DNA of 64,000 nt, taken from contig CAVVNQ010000004.1 of the NCBI GenBank assembly GCA_963749705.1, forward strand, positions 128,001 through 192,000. The letters run 5' to 3'. Numbering within the stretch: position 1 is the first letter of the stretch; each line of letters opens with the position of its first letter. Under the pieces are notes generated by a model, which searched no databases, was not told where the DNA came from, and saw only the letters and a list, made by a program, of their open reading frames with translations. Origin of the DNA: an uncultured Chloroflexia bacterium (GTDB taxonomy: Bacteria; Chloroflexota; Limnocylindria; Limnocylindrales; CSP1-4). Both the position numbers and the translations under genes were made by a program. Positions 8,680-17,176 of the stretch are shown one piece after another.

Positions 8680-9453
8680 ATGGCCGAGCAGCTCTCTCTC
8701 CGGCTCGATCCGGCGCTCCCCCGCCCCGGTGACGTGGCCCCGATGTGGCCCACGGCCGTTGCCGATGCCTTCGACGCGCCTGACTTCCTGTTCGAGCCCA
8801 CCTGGGGCGGTCACCGGGTCCTGGCCTTCGTCGGGCCCGCGGACCGGGCGGGCGGCGGCGACGTACGGCTGGTCGATCCCAACGGGCTGGAGCTGGTCGA
8901 GCGGCTGCCGGAGCTCGCCGGGCTTGCCGTGCGCGTGGCGGCGCGCTCCGCGGTGCTCGACGGCGAGCTCGTCCTGGTCGACGGGCGAGGGCGCGCCGAC
9001 GACCAGGCGCTGCGCGAACGGCTGAGCGGGCGGCCGGGGCGTCCGGTCGCGTTCCTCGTGTTCGACATCCTCCACCTCGACGGCCGGTGGCTGCTCAACC
9101 AGCCGCTCGACAAGCGGCGCCAGCAGCTGCGCGCCGTCCTGCGACCGGGCGACGAGGTCGTGGTCGTGCCCGCGATCGTCGGCGAGGGCCGGGCGCTGTT
9201 CGACGCGGTCGTCGCCCAGGGGATCGCCGGGGTGCTGGCCCGGCGGCGGTCGAGCCCGTACCTGCCCGGCGTCCGGAGCACGCTGTGGCGGTCGATCCTC
9301 GCGACCCCCGGTGCGGTCGCGGGCGAGGGCGAAACCGAGGCCGAGGCGGGGATGACCGGCGACGGCGGGATCGACGGCCCGGCGCCCAGCGGCACCGCGC
9401 CCGTCCTCGCGCTGTTCCGACGCCTCCCGTTCGACGACGACCCGGACGGGTAA
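8680..9453 (+). CDS. ATP-dependent DNA ligase adenylation-domain homolog, predicted catalytically inactive
   Basis: Retains VLDGELV, FLVFDILHLDG and SPYLPG.RS..W. Motif I reads EPTWGGHR instead of EPKxDGxR. No OB domain. Confidence 0.75.
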   Translation: MAEQLSLRLDPALPRPGDVAPMWPTAVADAFDAPDFLFEPTWGGHRVLAFVGPADRAGGGDVRLVDPNGLELVERLPELAGLAVRVAARSAVLDGELVLVDGRGRADDQALRERLSGRPGRPVAFLVFDILHLDGRWLLNQPLDKRRQQLRAVLRPGDEVVVVPAIVGEGRALFDAVVAQGIAGVLARRRSSPYLPGVRSTLWRSILATPGAVAGEGETEAEAGMTGDGGIDGPAPSGTAPVLALFRRLPFDDDPDG

Positions 9454-9497
9454 CCCGGCCGCGGCGGGTCGCCGGGGGCGCCTGGCCGGACGGGTCG

Positions 9498-10883
9498 CTA
9501 GCCGCGGACCGCCCGCGCGAACGCGCGGAGCCCCGGCGGCTGCCCGTACATCAGGACGCCGGCGCGGAACACGCGGATCGAGAACCACATCGCCAGCGGC
9601 ACCGTCAGCAGCAACAGCCCGATCGAGAGCGCCAGCTCCCAGGGCTCCACGCGCCCGACCGAGAGCCGGGACAGCATCACGAACGGGCTCCAGATCGGGA
9701 TGTAGGACGCGATCCGGATGATCGACGAGCTGCCGCCGCTCAGGGCGAGCACCGCGGGCAGGTACCCGGCGATCGCCGGGATCGACAGGGGCAGCGCGAT
9801 GACCTGGAGATCCTCCGCGCGACTGAGCAGCGAGCCGGCACCCGCGTACAGCGACGCATAGAGCGCGAACCCGAGCACGAAGTAGACGAGGAACGCCGCC
9901 AGGAGTCCGGGCGACAGCCCCGCCAGGGACGACGCGGACCCCGGGTCCTCGCCCAGCAGCGCGTTGCCGATCCTGCCCGACAGGAGCAGTGCCGCGAGCG
10001 CCGGCGCCAGCACGAGCGCCACCTGGGTCAACCCGGACAGGCCGATCCCGAGGATCTTGCCCAGCACCAGCTGCGGTGCGGTGCCCGCCGAGATGAGCAG
10101 CTCCATGACCCGGCTGGCCTTCTCGGCGACCACGCCCGCGGCGACCCACAGGCCGTAGAACACGAGGGTTAGGAACGACAGGACCACGAACACGATGCCC
10201 ACGATGCGGCGACTCGCGTACTCGGCGGTGTCGATGGTGTCGCCGCCACCGGCGCCGCCCGTGGCGCCCGGATCCACGACGTTGAACGTGGGTGCGACGA
10301 ACTGCCGGCTGCTGGGCGGCTGGGTCGCCGTCCAGTCGAGGATCCCAACGGCGAACGCCCCGATCTGCAGCAGCTGCGCGCGATCCTGGCTCAGCGCCCC
10401 CACGGTCAGCACCCGGAAGTCGAGGCCGCCATCCGGGCCGCGCGTGATCAGCACGGCACCCGCCAGCGATCCGTCCCGGACCTCGGCGGCCGCGGCGGCG
10501 GCGTCGTCCTGGCGCTCGAAGTCGAAGCGGCGGCTGGCCGCGGCGCCGGAGTCGAGCCGTGCGTTGAGGAAGCCGTCCATGACCGACACGGCCCGGTCCC
10601 CGAGCGTCTGCTCGTCGGCGACCACCGCGATCCGGGTCACCGTGACCTGGTCCACGAACCGGACCGCGAGCGGGATGAGCGCGATCATCACGGCCAGGCC
10701 TGCGAGCAGCACCGTCGAGAACACGAATGCCCGGGCCCGGACCCGCTCGGCGTACTCGCGCCGCGCGACCAGCCCGATGTTGCCGAGCCCGATGCTGCCG
10801 AGCCCGATGCTGCCGAGCCCGACGTCGGGCCGCACGTCGACGCGCGGATCCTGCTCGACGCGCGGATCCTGCTCGCCGCTCAT
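9498..10883 (-). CDS. ABC-2 type exporter permease (NatB/YhaP-like)
   Basis: LVARREY, VVAEKASRVMELLIS and LGKILG motifs; multiple TM segments. Confidence 0.85.
   Translation of the reverse strand: MSGEQDPRVEQDPRVDVRPDVGLGSIGLGSIGLGNIGLVARREYAERVRARAFVFSTVLLAGLAVMIALIPLAVRFVDQVTVTRIAVVADEQTLGDRAVSVMDGFLNARLDSGAAASRRFDFERQDDAAAAAAEVRDGSLAGAVLITRGPDGGLDFRVLTVGALSQDRAQLLQIGAFAVGILDWTATQPPSSRQFVAPTFNVVDPGATGGAGGGDTIDTAEYASRRIVGIVFVVLSFLTLVFYGLWVAAGVVAEKASRVMELLISAGTAPQLVLGKILGIGLSGLTQVALVLAPALAALLLSGRIGNALLGEDPGSASSLAGLSPGLLAAFLVYFVLGFALYASLYAGAGSLLSRAEDLQVIALPLSIPAIAGYLPAVLALSGGSSSIIRIASYIPIWSPFVMLSRLSVGRVEPWELALSIGLLLLTVPLAMWFSIRVFRAGVLMYGQPPGLRAFARAVRG
10771..10872. repeat. Adjacent in-frame tandem repeats (15 bp x3 and 18 bp x2) in the permease N-terminus
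   Basis: agcccgatg(c/t)tgccg x3 from 10771; tcgacgcgcggatcctgc x2 from 10837. Confidence 0.9.
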
Positions 10884-11851
10884 GCCGCGTCCCCGACACG
10901 AGACTCGGGCGAGTCGGGGTCACCGGGCGCGAGACGGCGCTCGTCCTCCGGGGGATGGCCGACATGGTCGATGAACACCTGCTCGAGGGTCGGATCGGCT
11001 GCCTCGAAGTGGAGCACGCGGGCGCCGGCGGCGACGGCCGCCAGCAGCACCGACTCCGGCTCGACCCCGGGATCGAGCTCCACCGACGAGCGATCCATCC
11101 CCGCCTGGATGATCCGCGTCCCGGGCACCGCGCTCAGCCACGGGAGGCGATGGTCGCCGGCAACCGAGATCCGGACCAGCCGCCGGCCGGTCGACCGGCG
11201 GACCTCGCGCACCGGACCCCCGACGACCATCCTGCCCCGGTCGACGATCGCGACCGCCTCGCACAGCGATTCCGCGACGTCCATCGAATGGGTCGAGAAC
11301 ACGACGGTCCGGCCGCGGTCGCGGAGCTCGAGGAACGCCTCGCGCAGGAGCATCACGTTGACCGGATCGAGCCCCGAGAACGGCTCGTCCATGAGCAGCA
11401 CCTGGGGATCGTGCAGGACCGCGGCGATGAACTGGACCTTCTGCTGGTTGCCCTTGGACAGCTGCTCGGCCTTGCGTCCGACGAGATCCTCCGCGCGGAA
11501 CCGCCGGAGCCACGCCAGCGCCTCCCGCCGGGCACGCTCGCGCGGCATCCCGTGGAGTCCGGCGAAGAACAGCAGCTGGTCGAGCACCCGCATCCGGGGG
11601 TACAGGCCGCGCTCCTCGGGGAGGTAGCCCCAGGTCGATCGCGGCAGCCGGGCGCTCGGCATCCCGCGCCACGTCACCTGCCCCGCGTCGGGCTCGAGCA
11701 CGCCGACCGCGATCCGCATGGTCGTCGTCTTGCCCGCGCCATTCGCCCCGAGGAATCCGAACACCTGGCCCGGGGCGACCTCGAACGTGAGGTCATCGAC
11801 GGCCACGACGGCTCCGAACCGCTTGGACAGGTGATCGACCACGAGCGCCAT
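10880..11851 (-). CDS. ABC exporter ATP-binding protein (YhaQ-like)
   Basis: GANGAGKTT, LSKGNQQK and LLMDEPFSGLD. ATG at 11851. Confidence 0.9.
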   Translation of the reverse strand: MALVVDHLSKRFGAVVAVDDLTFEVAPGQVFGFLGANGAGKTTTMRIAVGVLEPDAGQVTWRGMPSARLPRSTWGYLPEERGLYPRMRVLDQLLFFAGLHGMPRERARREALAWLRRFRAEDLVGRKAEQLSKGNQQKVQFIAAVLHDPQVLLMDEPFSGLDPVNVMLLREAFLELRDRGRTVVFSTHSMDVAESLCEAVAIVDRGRMVVGGPVREVRRSTGRRLVRISVAGDHRLPWLSAVPGTRIIQAGMDRSSVELDPGVEPESVLLAAVAAGARVLHFEAADPTLEQVFIDHVGHPPEDERRLAPGDPDSPESRVGDAA

Positions 11852-12006
11852 TCGCGCCCGAGCATACCGGGGCCCCGGCCCGAGGCCATTGCGGGATAGT
11901 CCGCATCGACGACACGATGAAGGTCCCGGTGGCGGCCCGGCCCCGCACGGTGGACACGGCCCGGTGCCGCACGGTGCCCGCGGCCCGGCGAGAGTACGAT
12001 CGGAGC

Positions 12007-12417
12007 GTGCAGGACCCGAGATCGACGACACCCGTCCGCATCGACGCGGACCGCACGGCCGGGACGCTCCGGCTGGAGTGGGCGGACGGGCACCAGACGG
12101 CATACGACGCCGCGACCCTGCGCTGGCTGTGCCCCTGCGCGTACTGTCGCGGCGAGGCGGGCCAGCCGGGCTGGCTCGACACCAACCCGACGCTCACGCC
12201 GGACCAGACGACGCTGGTCGATGTCGCCCTGGTGGGTTCCTATGCGGTCCAGGTGACCTGGGGCGACGGACACCACACGGGCTATCACACGTTCATGCTG
12301 CTGCGCGACCGCTGCCCGTGCGCCGAGTGCACGCGCGCCCGCGCCCAGCGTCACGAGCACGAGCCCCGGGCGACCGCTCAGGCGAGCGACCGCCACTGGC
12401 ATGGAGGAGACCAATGA
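12007..12417 (+). CDS. DUF971 / GBBH-like N-terminal domain protein
   Basis: LEWADGH, LRWLCPCAYC, VGSYAVQVTWGDGHHTG and a second CPCAEC. GTG start inferred. Confidence 0.8.
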   Translation: MQDPRSTTPVRIDADRTAGTLRLEWADGHQTAYDAATLRWLCPCAYCRGEAGQPGWLDTNPTLTPDQTTLVDVALVGSYAVQVTWGDGHHTGYHTFMLLRDRCPCAECTRARAQRHEHEPRATAQASDRHWHGGDQ

Positions 12418-12758
12418 TCATCTCGACTGCGCCGTTCATCGCCGGCCACCGCGTGACCGAGACCAAGGGCCAGGTGTTCGGCCTCGTCGTCCGCAGCCGC
12501 GGCCTGGGCGGGAACCTGGTCGCGAGCCTTCGCTCGATCGCCGGCGGCGAGATCCACGAGTACACCAGCCTGCTCGAGGACACCCGCCGCCAGGCCGTCG
12601 ACCGCATGGTCCAGAACGCGACCATGATGGGCGCCAACGGCGTCATCTCGATGCGCTTCGACTCCTCGGAGATGGCATCGACCATGACCGAGATCGTCGC
12701 CTACGGGACCGCGGTCGTGGTCACGCCGGACGCGGGCGCCGCACAGCCGCTGGAATAG
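12414..12758 (+). CDS. YbjQ/UPF0145 family protein
   Basis: MIISTAPFIAGHRV..GGEIHEYT..GANGVISMRFDS..EIVAYGTAV. Confidence 0.9.
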   Translation: MIISTAPFIAGHRVTETKGQVFGLVVRSRGLGGNLVASLRSIAGGEIHEYTSLLEDTRRQAVDRMVQNATMMGANGVISMRFDSSEMASTMTEIVAYGTAVVVTPDAGAAQPLE

Positions 12759-12761
12759 CCC

Positions 12762-13115
12762 GTGGGCGTGGCGCTCGCTCGAGCCGTCATCGGGACGGCC
12801 GGCGTCCTGCTCCTGGTCGGCGGCATCGCGGTGGCCGCGACCACCGGCCCGTCCGGTGACGCGTTCTCGGCCCTGTTCCTGTTCGTTCCCGGTGCGCTGC
12901 TGATCGCCGCCGTGATCCTCGAGCGGACCCGCTACCGCTCGCTCACGGCGGAGCAGTCGGGCGATGGCCACGGCCTGGGAGGCGGCGAAACGGCCGTCCC
13001 GGATGCGCGCTTCCAGCCGACCGACGAACGGTTCGTGGATCCAACGACGCGCGTCCCGATGCGCGTGTTCGTCGACCCGCGCACCGGCGAGCGGCGGTAC
13101 GTCGCGGAGCGGTAG
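12762..13115 (+). CDS. Small hypothetical membrane protein
   Basis: Two hydrophobic helices, then FQPTDERFVDPTT..RVFVDPRTGERRYV. Follows ybjQ by 3 bp. Confidence 0.7.
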   Translation: MGVALARAVIGTAGVLLLVGGIAVAATTGPSGDAFSALFLFVPGALLIAAVILERTRYRSLTAEQSGDGHGLGGGETAVPDARFQPTDERFVDPTTRVPMRVFVDPRTGERRYVAER

Positions 13116-13281
13116 CCGGGGCTTCACCCTGGCCCGGTCGAGGCTCCGGGCCGGGCGACCGAACGGGGGCCGCGTGCGGCTGCGTGCTATTCTCGGCCGT
13201 CCGACCGGGTTCGGGTGACGTGGCTCGCGTCACGCCCGCGTCCCCCGTCTCGCGCCCGGCGGGCACGCCTGCGAGAGGATC

Positions 13282-15453
13282 ATGACCGCCGTTCGACCCG
13301 CTCCCGGACCCCGCGCCGCGTCCCGCGGCCGACGGCGGGCGGTGCACGACCATAAGGCCCCGATCCTCAACCGCGAGCTGTCGTGGATCGAGTTCAACGC
13401 CCGCGTGCTCCACGAGGCCCGCGACACGCGCAACCCGATCCTCGAGCGCGTCAAGTTCCTCGCGATCTTCGCGTCCAACCTCGACGAGTTCTTCCAGGTT
13501 CGCGTGTCCGGGTTGCGCCGGCAGGACCTGGCCGGCTCGCAGCACCTGTCCTCGGACGGCCTGACCCCGGCCAAGCAGCTGGACGCGATCCGGGCCCGGG
13601 TCCGGGACCTCGTCGCCGAGCATTCCCTGATCTTCGCCACGATCCGCGAGGAGCTCGCCGGCGAGGGCGTCGAGATCGTGGACTACGACGACGTTCCCGA
13701 GCACCACGACACGCTCCGGCGCCGGTTCCACGACGAGATCTTCCCGGTCCTGACGCCGCTCGCCGTGGATCCGGGACACCCGTTCCCGTACATCAGCACC
13801 CTGTCGCTCTCGATCGCGGTCGGGCTGCGGGACCCCGAGACGGGCGAGAAGCGGTTCGCGCGGGTCAAGATCCCGCCGATCCTGCCCCGCCTGTTCGAGG
13901 TCGAGCGCGACCGGTTCGTGCTCCTGGACCAGGTCATCGAGGCCAACCTCGACGAGCTGTTCCGGGGCATGGAGATCCTCGAGACGCACCTGTTCCGGGT
14001 CACCCGCGACGCGGACATCGCGATCGAGGAGGACGAGGCGGACGACCTGCTGCTCGCGATCGAGGAAGAGGTCCGGCGGCGGCGGTTCGGCGAGGCGGTC
14101 CGGCTCGAGGTCGAGCGCTCGATGCCGGAGCTGACGCGCAAGATCCTGATCAACGGCATCGGGCTGCGCGAGGACGACAGCTTCGAGGTCGCCGGGATGA
14201 TGGACCTCACGGCGCTGTGGCAGCTCGCCGAGCTCGACCGTCCCGACCTCAAGGCGCCGACCTTCACGCCGGTCGTGCCCCAGCGGCTGCTGCCGCCGGA
14301 CGAGGACGAGCCGGTCGACGTGTTCGCGCAGATGCGGGCCGGGGACCTGCTCCTCCATCACCCGTACGACTCGTTCACCGCCTCGGTCGAGCGGTTCATC
14401 TCGCAGGCCGCGGACGACCCCCTGGTGCTGACCATCAAGCAGACCCTGTACCGGACGTCGGGCGACTCGCCCATCGTCAAGGCGCTGATCCGCGCGGCGG
14501 AGCAGGGCAAGCAGGTCGTGGTCCTGGTCGAGATCAAGGCGCGCTTCGACGAGGAGGTCAACATCGTCTGGGCGCGCAAGCTTGAGCAGGCGGGCGCCCA
14601 CGTCGTGTACGGGCTGGTCGGCCTCAAGACCCACTGCAAGGTCGCGCTCGTCGTCCGGCGCGAGGGCAACGGGCTCCGGCGCTACGTCCACATCGGCACC
14701 GGCAACTACAACTCGCGGACGGCGCGCCTGTACGTGGATCTCGGCCTGCTCTCGTGCCGCGAGGAGCTGGGCGCGGACGTCACGGACCTGTTCAACGTGC
14801 TCACCGGGCTGTCACGCCAGAGCGTGTTCCGCCGCCTGCTCGTGGCGCCGATGACGCTCCGGTCGCGCTTCCTCGAGCTGGTCGAGCGGGAGGCGGCGAA
14901 TGCCCGTGCGGGCCAGCAGGCCCGGATCGTGATCAAGGTCAACTCGCTGGTCGACACCCAGGTGGTCGAGGCGCTGTACGAGGCGGCGCGGGCGGGCGTC
15001 GAGATCGAGTGCATCATCCGGGGCGCGTGCTGCCTGGTCCCCGGCGTCCCCGGTGCCTCCGAGCGGGCGCGCGCGCGCTCGATCATCGGCGAGTTCCTGG
15101 AGCACTCGCGGATCTGGATGTTCGCCAACGGCGGGCGCCCTGAGTGGTACATCGGGTCGGCGGACCTGATGGAGCGCAACCTCGATCGGCGGGTCGAGGT
15201 CGTGACCCCGGTCGAGGATCACGAGGCGCAGGTCCGGCTCGCGCGGATCATCGAGGTCATGCTGGCCGATGACCGCCGCTCGTGGCAGCTGCAGTCCGAC
15301 GGCCGATGGGTCCGGACCGAGGTGCTGACGTCGGCCGCGGGCGAGATCGACACGTTCGCCGTGCTCAAGCAGGATGCCGCGGCCGCCGCAGCCGCCGCGG
15401 ACGTGCCCAGACGGCCGCACTCGAACGTCGGATCGATGGACCCGCGCGCGTGA
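13282..15453 (+). CDS. ppk1: Polyphosphate kinase 1
   Basis: NRELSWIEFNARVL, SNLDEFFQVRV, HHPYDSF, IKQTLYRTSGDS, LKTHCK, GTGNYN and GSADLMERNLDRRVE. Confidence 0.97.
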   Translation: MTAVRPAPGPRAASRGRRRAVHDHKAPILNRELSWIEFNARVLHEARDTRNPILERVKFLAIFASNLDEFFQVRVSGLRRQDLAGSQHLSSDGLTPAKQLDAIRARVRDLVAEHSLIFATIREELAGEGVEIVDYDDVPEHHDTLRRRFHDEIFPVLTPLAVDPGHPFPYISTLSLSIAVGLRDPETGEKRFARVKIPPILPRLFEVERDRFVLLDQVIEANLDELFRGMEILETHLFRVTRDADIAIEEDEADDLLLAIEEEVRRRRFGEAVRLEVERSMPELTRKILINGIGLREDDSFEVAGMMDLTALWQLAELDRPDLKAPTFTPVVPQRLLPPDEDEPVDVFAQMRAGDLLLHHPYDSFTASVERFISQAADDPLVLTIKQTLYRTSGDSPIVKALIRAAEQGKQVVVLVEIKARFDEEVNIVWARKLEQAGAHVVYGLVGLKTHCKVALVVRREGNGLRRYVHIGTGNYNSRTARLYVDLGLLSCREELGADVTDLFNVLTGLSRQSVFRRLLVAPMTLRSRFLELVEREAANARAGQQARIVIKVNSLVDTQVVEALYEAARAGVEIECIIRGACCLVPGVPGASERARARSIIGEFLEHSRIWMFANGGRPEWYIGSADLMERNLDRRVEVVTPVEDHEAQVRLARIIEVMLADDRRSWQLQSDGRWVRTEVLTSAAGEIDTFAVLKQDAAAAAAAADVPRRPHSNVGSMDPRA

Positions 15454-17174
15454 CCGATGTCGCCATCCCGCGACCCGGCGGCGTGGTCGAGGTCGAGCTC
15501 AAGTTCCGCATGTCCGGGACGGGCGCCGGGACCCGGCTGATCGCCGCCGACGACCTGGCCGGGTTCGCCGCGCTGGCGCCCGCGGCGACGGTCCGGCACG
15601 AGGACCGGTACGTCGACACGGCCGACGGCCGGCTGGCGGCGGCCGGCTACGCGGGACGGTTCCGGTCGGCGGGCGATGTCACGGTGCTCACGCTCAAGTC
15701 CCTCCGCTCTGACGCCGAGGACGGCGCGCTCCACCGGCGCGAGGAGCTGGAGGGCCCGGCGATCGCCGAGGTCCCACCCGATGCGTGGCCCGACTCCGCG
15801 GCTCGCACCGCCGTGCTCGAGCTGCTGGGCGGTGCGCCGCTGAGCGACCTCGTGACCGTCCGGCAGACACGGCACAAGCGAACGTACGGGCGCGAGGGGG
15901 TCGTCGTCGAGCTGTCCGTCGATGACGTGGAGATCGTGGCCGGCGAGCGGGTGCTGGACCGGTTCGCCGAGCTCGAGGTGGAGCTCATCGAGGGCGGCGA
16001 GGCGGCGCTCGAACCGCTCGCTGACCTGCTCGCCGAGGTCGAGGAGCTGGTCCCCGCCGAATCGTCGAAGCTCGAACGGGCGCTGGAGGCCGTCGCCCAC
16101 GACCGGGCGGGCACGGGCGACCTTCGCGAGGCACCCCAGGGCCCCCGGACGAGCGTGGCTGCCGGACCGGTCGAGGTGCCCGCGTCGGGCACGGACGTGA
16201 CCGCGACCCAGGCGCCGGAGCCGGCCGTCCCGCGGATCACCGTCCCCAAGGCGCCGGGTGTCATCTCCGAGGACCACCTCGCCGAGGCGGGTCGGAAGGT
16301 GCTCCGGTTCCACCTGGCCCGGATGATCGCCCGCGAGCCCGGCACCCGCGTCGGCCGCGACGACGCGGAGCTGCACGCGATGCGCGTGGCGACGCGGCGA
16401 CAGCGCGCCGCCTGGCGCGTGTTCGGCGAGGCGTTCGACCGCAAGGCGACGGCCCGCCACCGGGTCCGGCTGCGCGAGGTCGCCCGGGACCTGGGTGCGG
16501 TCCGGGACCTCGATGTGCTGATCGGGGCCGCCGAGATGCATCGTGCCCAGCTGCCGGCACGCGAGGCGGCGGCCTTCGACCGGCTGATCCAGGGGTGGCG
16601 CGGGCAGCGCGAAGGTGCCCGCGAGGTCCTGCTCCGGGAGCTCGACTCGGGCCGCTACCGCAAATGGGTCGACGGGTACGTGGAGTTCGTCCAGGCCGAG
16701 GGAGCGGGCGCTCTCCCGGTCGGGCCGACCCAGCCCCACCGCGTGCGGGACACGATGCCGTCGCGGATCTGGGCGGCGTACGAGGGCGTTCGCGCCTACG
16801 AGCCCGTGCTCAGGTGGGCCGACGTGACCACCCTCCACGACCTCCGGATCGCGGCCAAGTGGCTGCGCTACACGCTGGAGTTCGTGCGCGAGGCGCTGGG
16901 ACGTGACGCCGGCCCGGTCATCGAGAAGATCGTCGCGCTCCAGGACCACCTCGGCTGGCTCCACGACGCGGACGTGGCGGCGGCCCTTGCGCGCCAGTAC
17001 CTGGTGGAGCACGCGGGCGACCTCACGGAGCTCGAGAGCGCGGCGATCGGCCGCTATCTCGTCGATCGGGAGCGGGAGCTCGCGCGGCTCCGGCGGACCG
17101 TCGGCGGACCCTGGCGCGGGTTGTCGAGCCTCGCCTTCCGTCGCGCGCTCGGCCGGCTCGTGGCGGGCCTGTAG
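15450..17174 (+). CDS. CYTH (triphosphate tunnel) + CHAD domain protein
   Basis: N-terminal EVELKF (ExExK) and ELEVEL. CHAD motifs LHAMRVATRR, LGAVRDLDV, LHDLRIAAKWLRY and LQDHLGWLHD. GTGA overlap with ppk1. Confidence 0.9.
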   Translation: MTDVAIPRPGGVVEVELKFRMSGTGAGTRLIAADDLAGFAALAPAATVRHEDRYVDTADGRLAAAGYAGRFRSAGDVTVLTLKSLRSDAEDGALHRREELEGPAIAEVPPDAWPDSAARTAVLELLGGAPLSDLVTVRQTRHKRTYGREGVVVELSVDDVEIVAGERVLDRFAELEVELIEGGEAALEPLADLLAEVEELVPAESSKLERALEAVAHDRAGTGDLREAPQGPRTSVAAGPVEVPASGTDVTATQAPEPAVPRITVPKAPGVISEDHLAEAGRKVLRFHLARMIAREPGTRVGRDDAELHAMRVATRRQRAAWRVFGEAFDRKATARHRVRLREVARDLGAVRDLDVLIGAAEMHRAQLPAREAAAFDRLIQGWRGQREGAREVLLRELDSGRYRKWVDGYVEFVQAEGAGALPVGPTQPHRVRDTMPSRIWAAYEGVRAYEPVLRWADVTTLHDLRIAAKWLRYTLEFVREALGRDAGPVIEKIVALQDHLGWLHDADVAAALARQYLVEHAGDLTELESAAIGRYLVDRERELARLRRTVGGPWRGLSSLAFRRALGRLVAGL

Positions 17175-17176
17175 GC

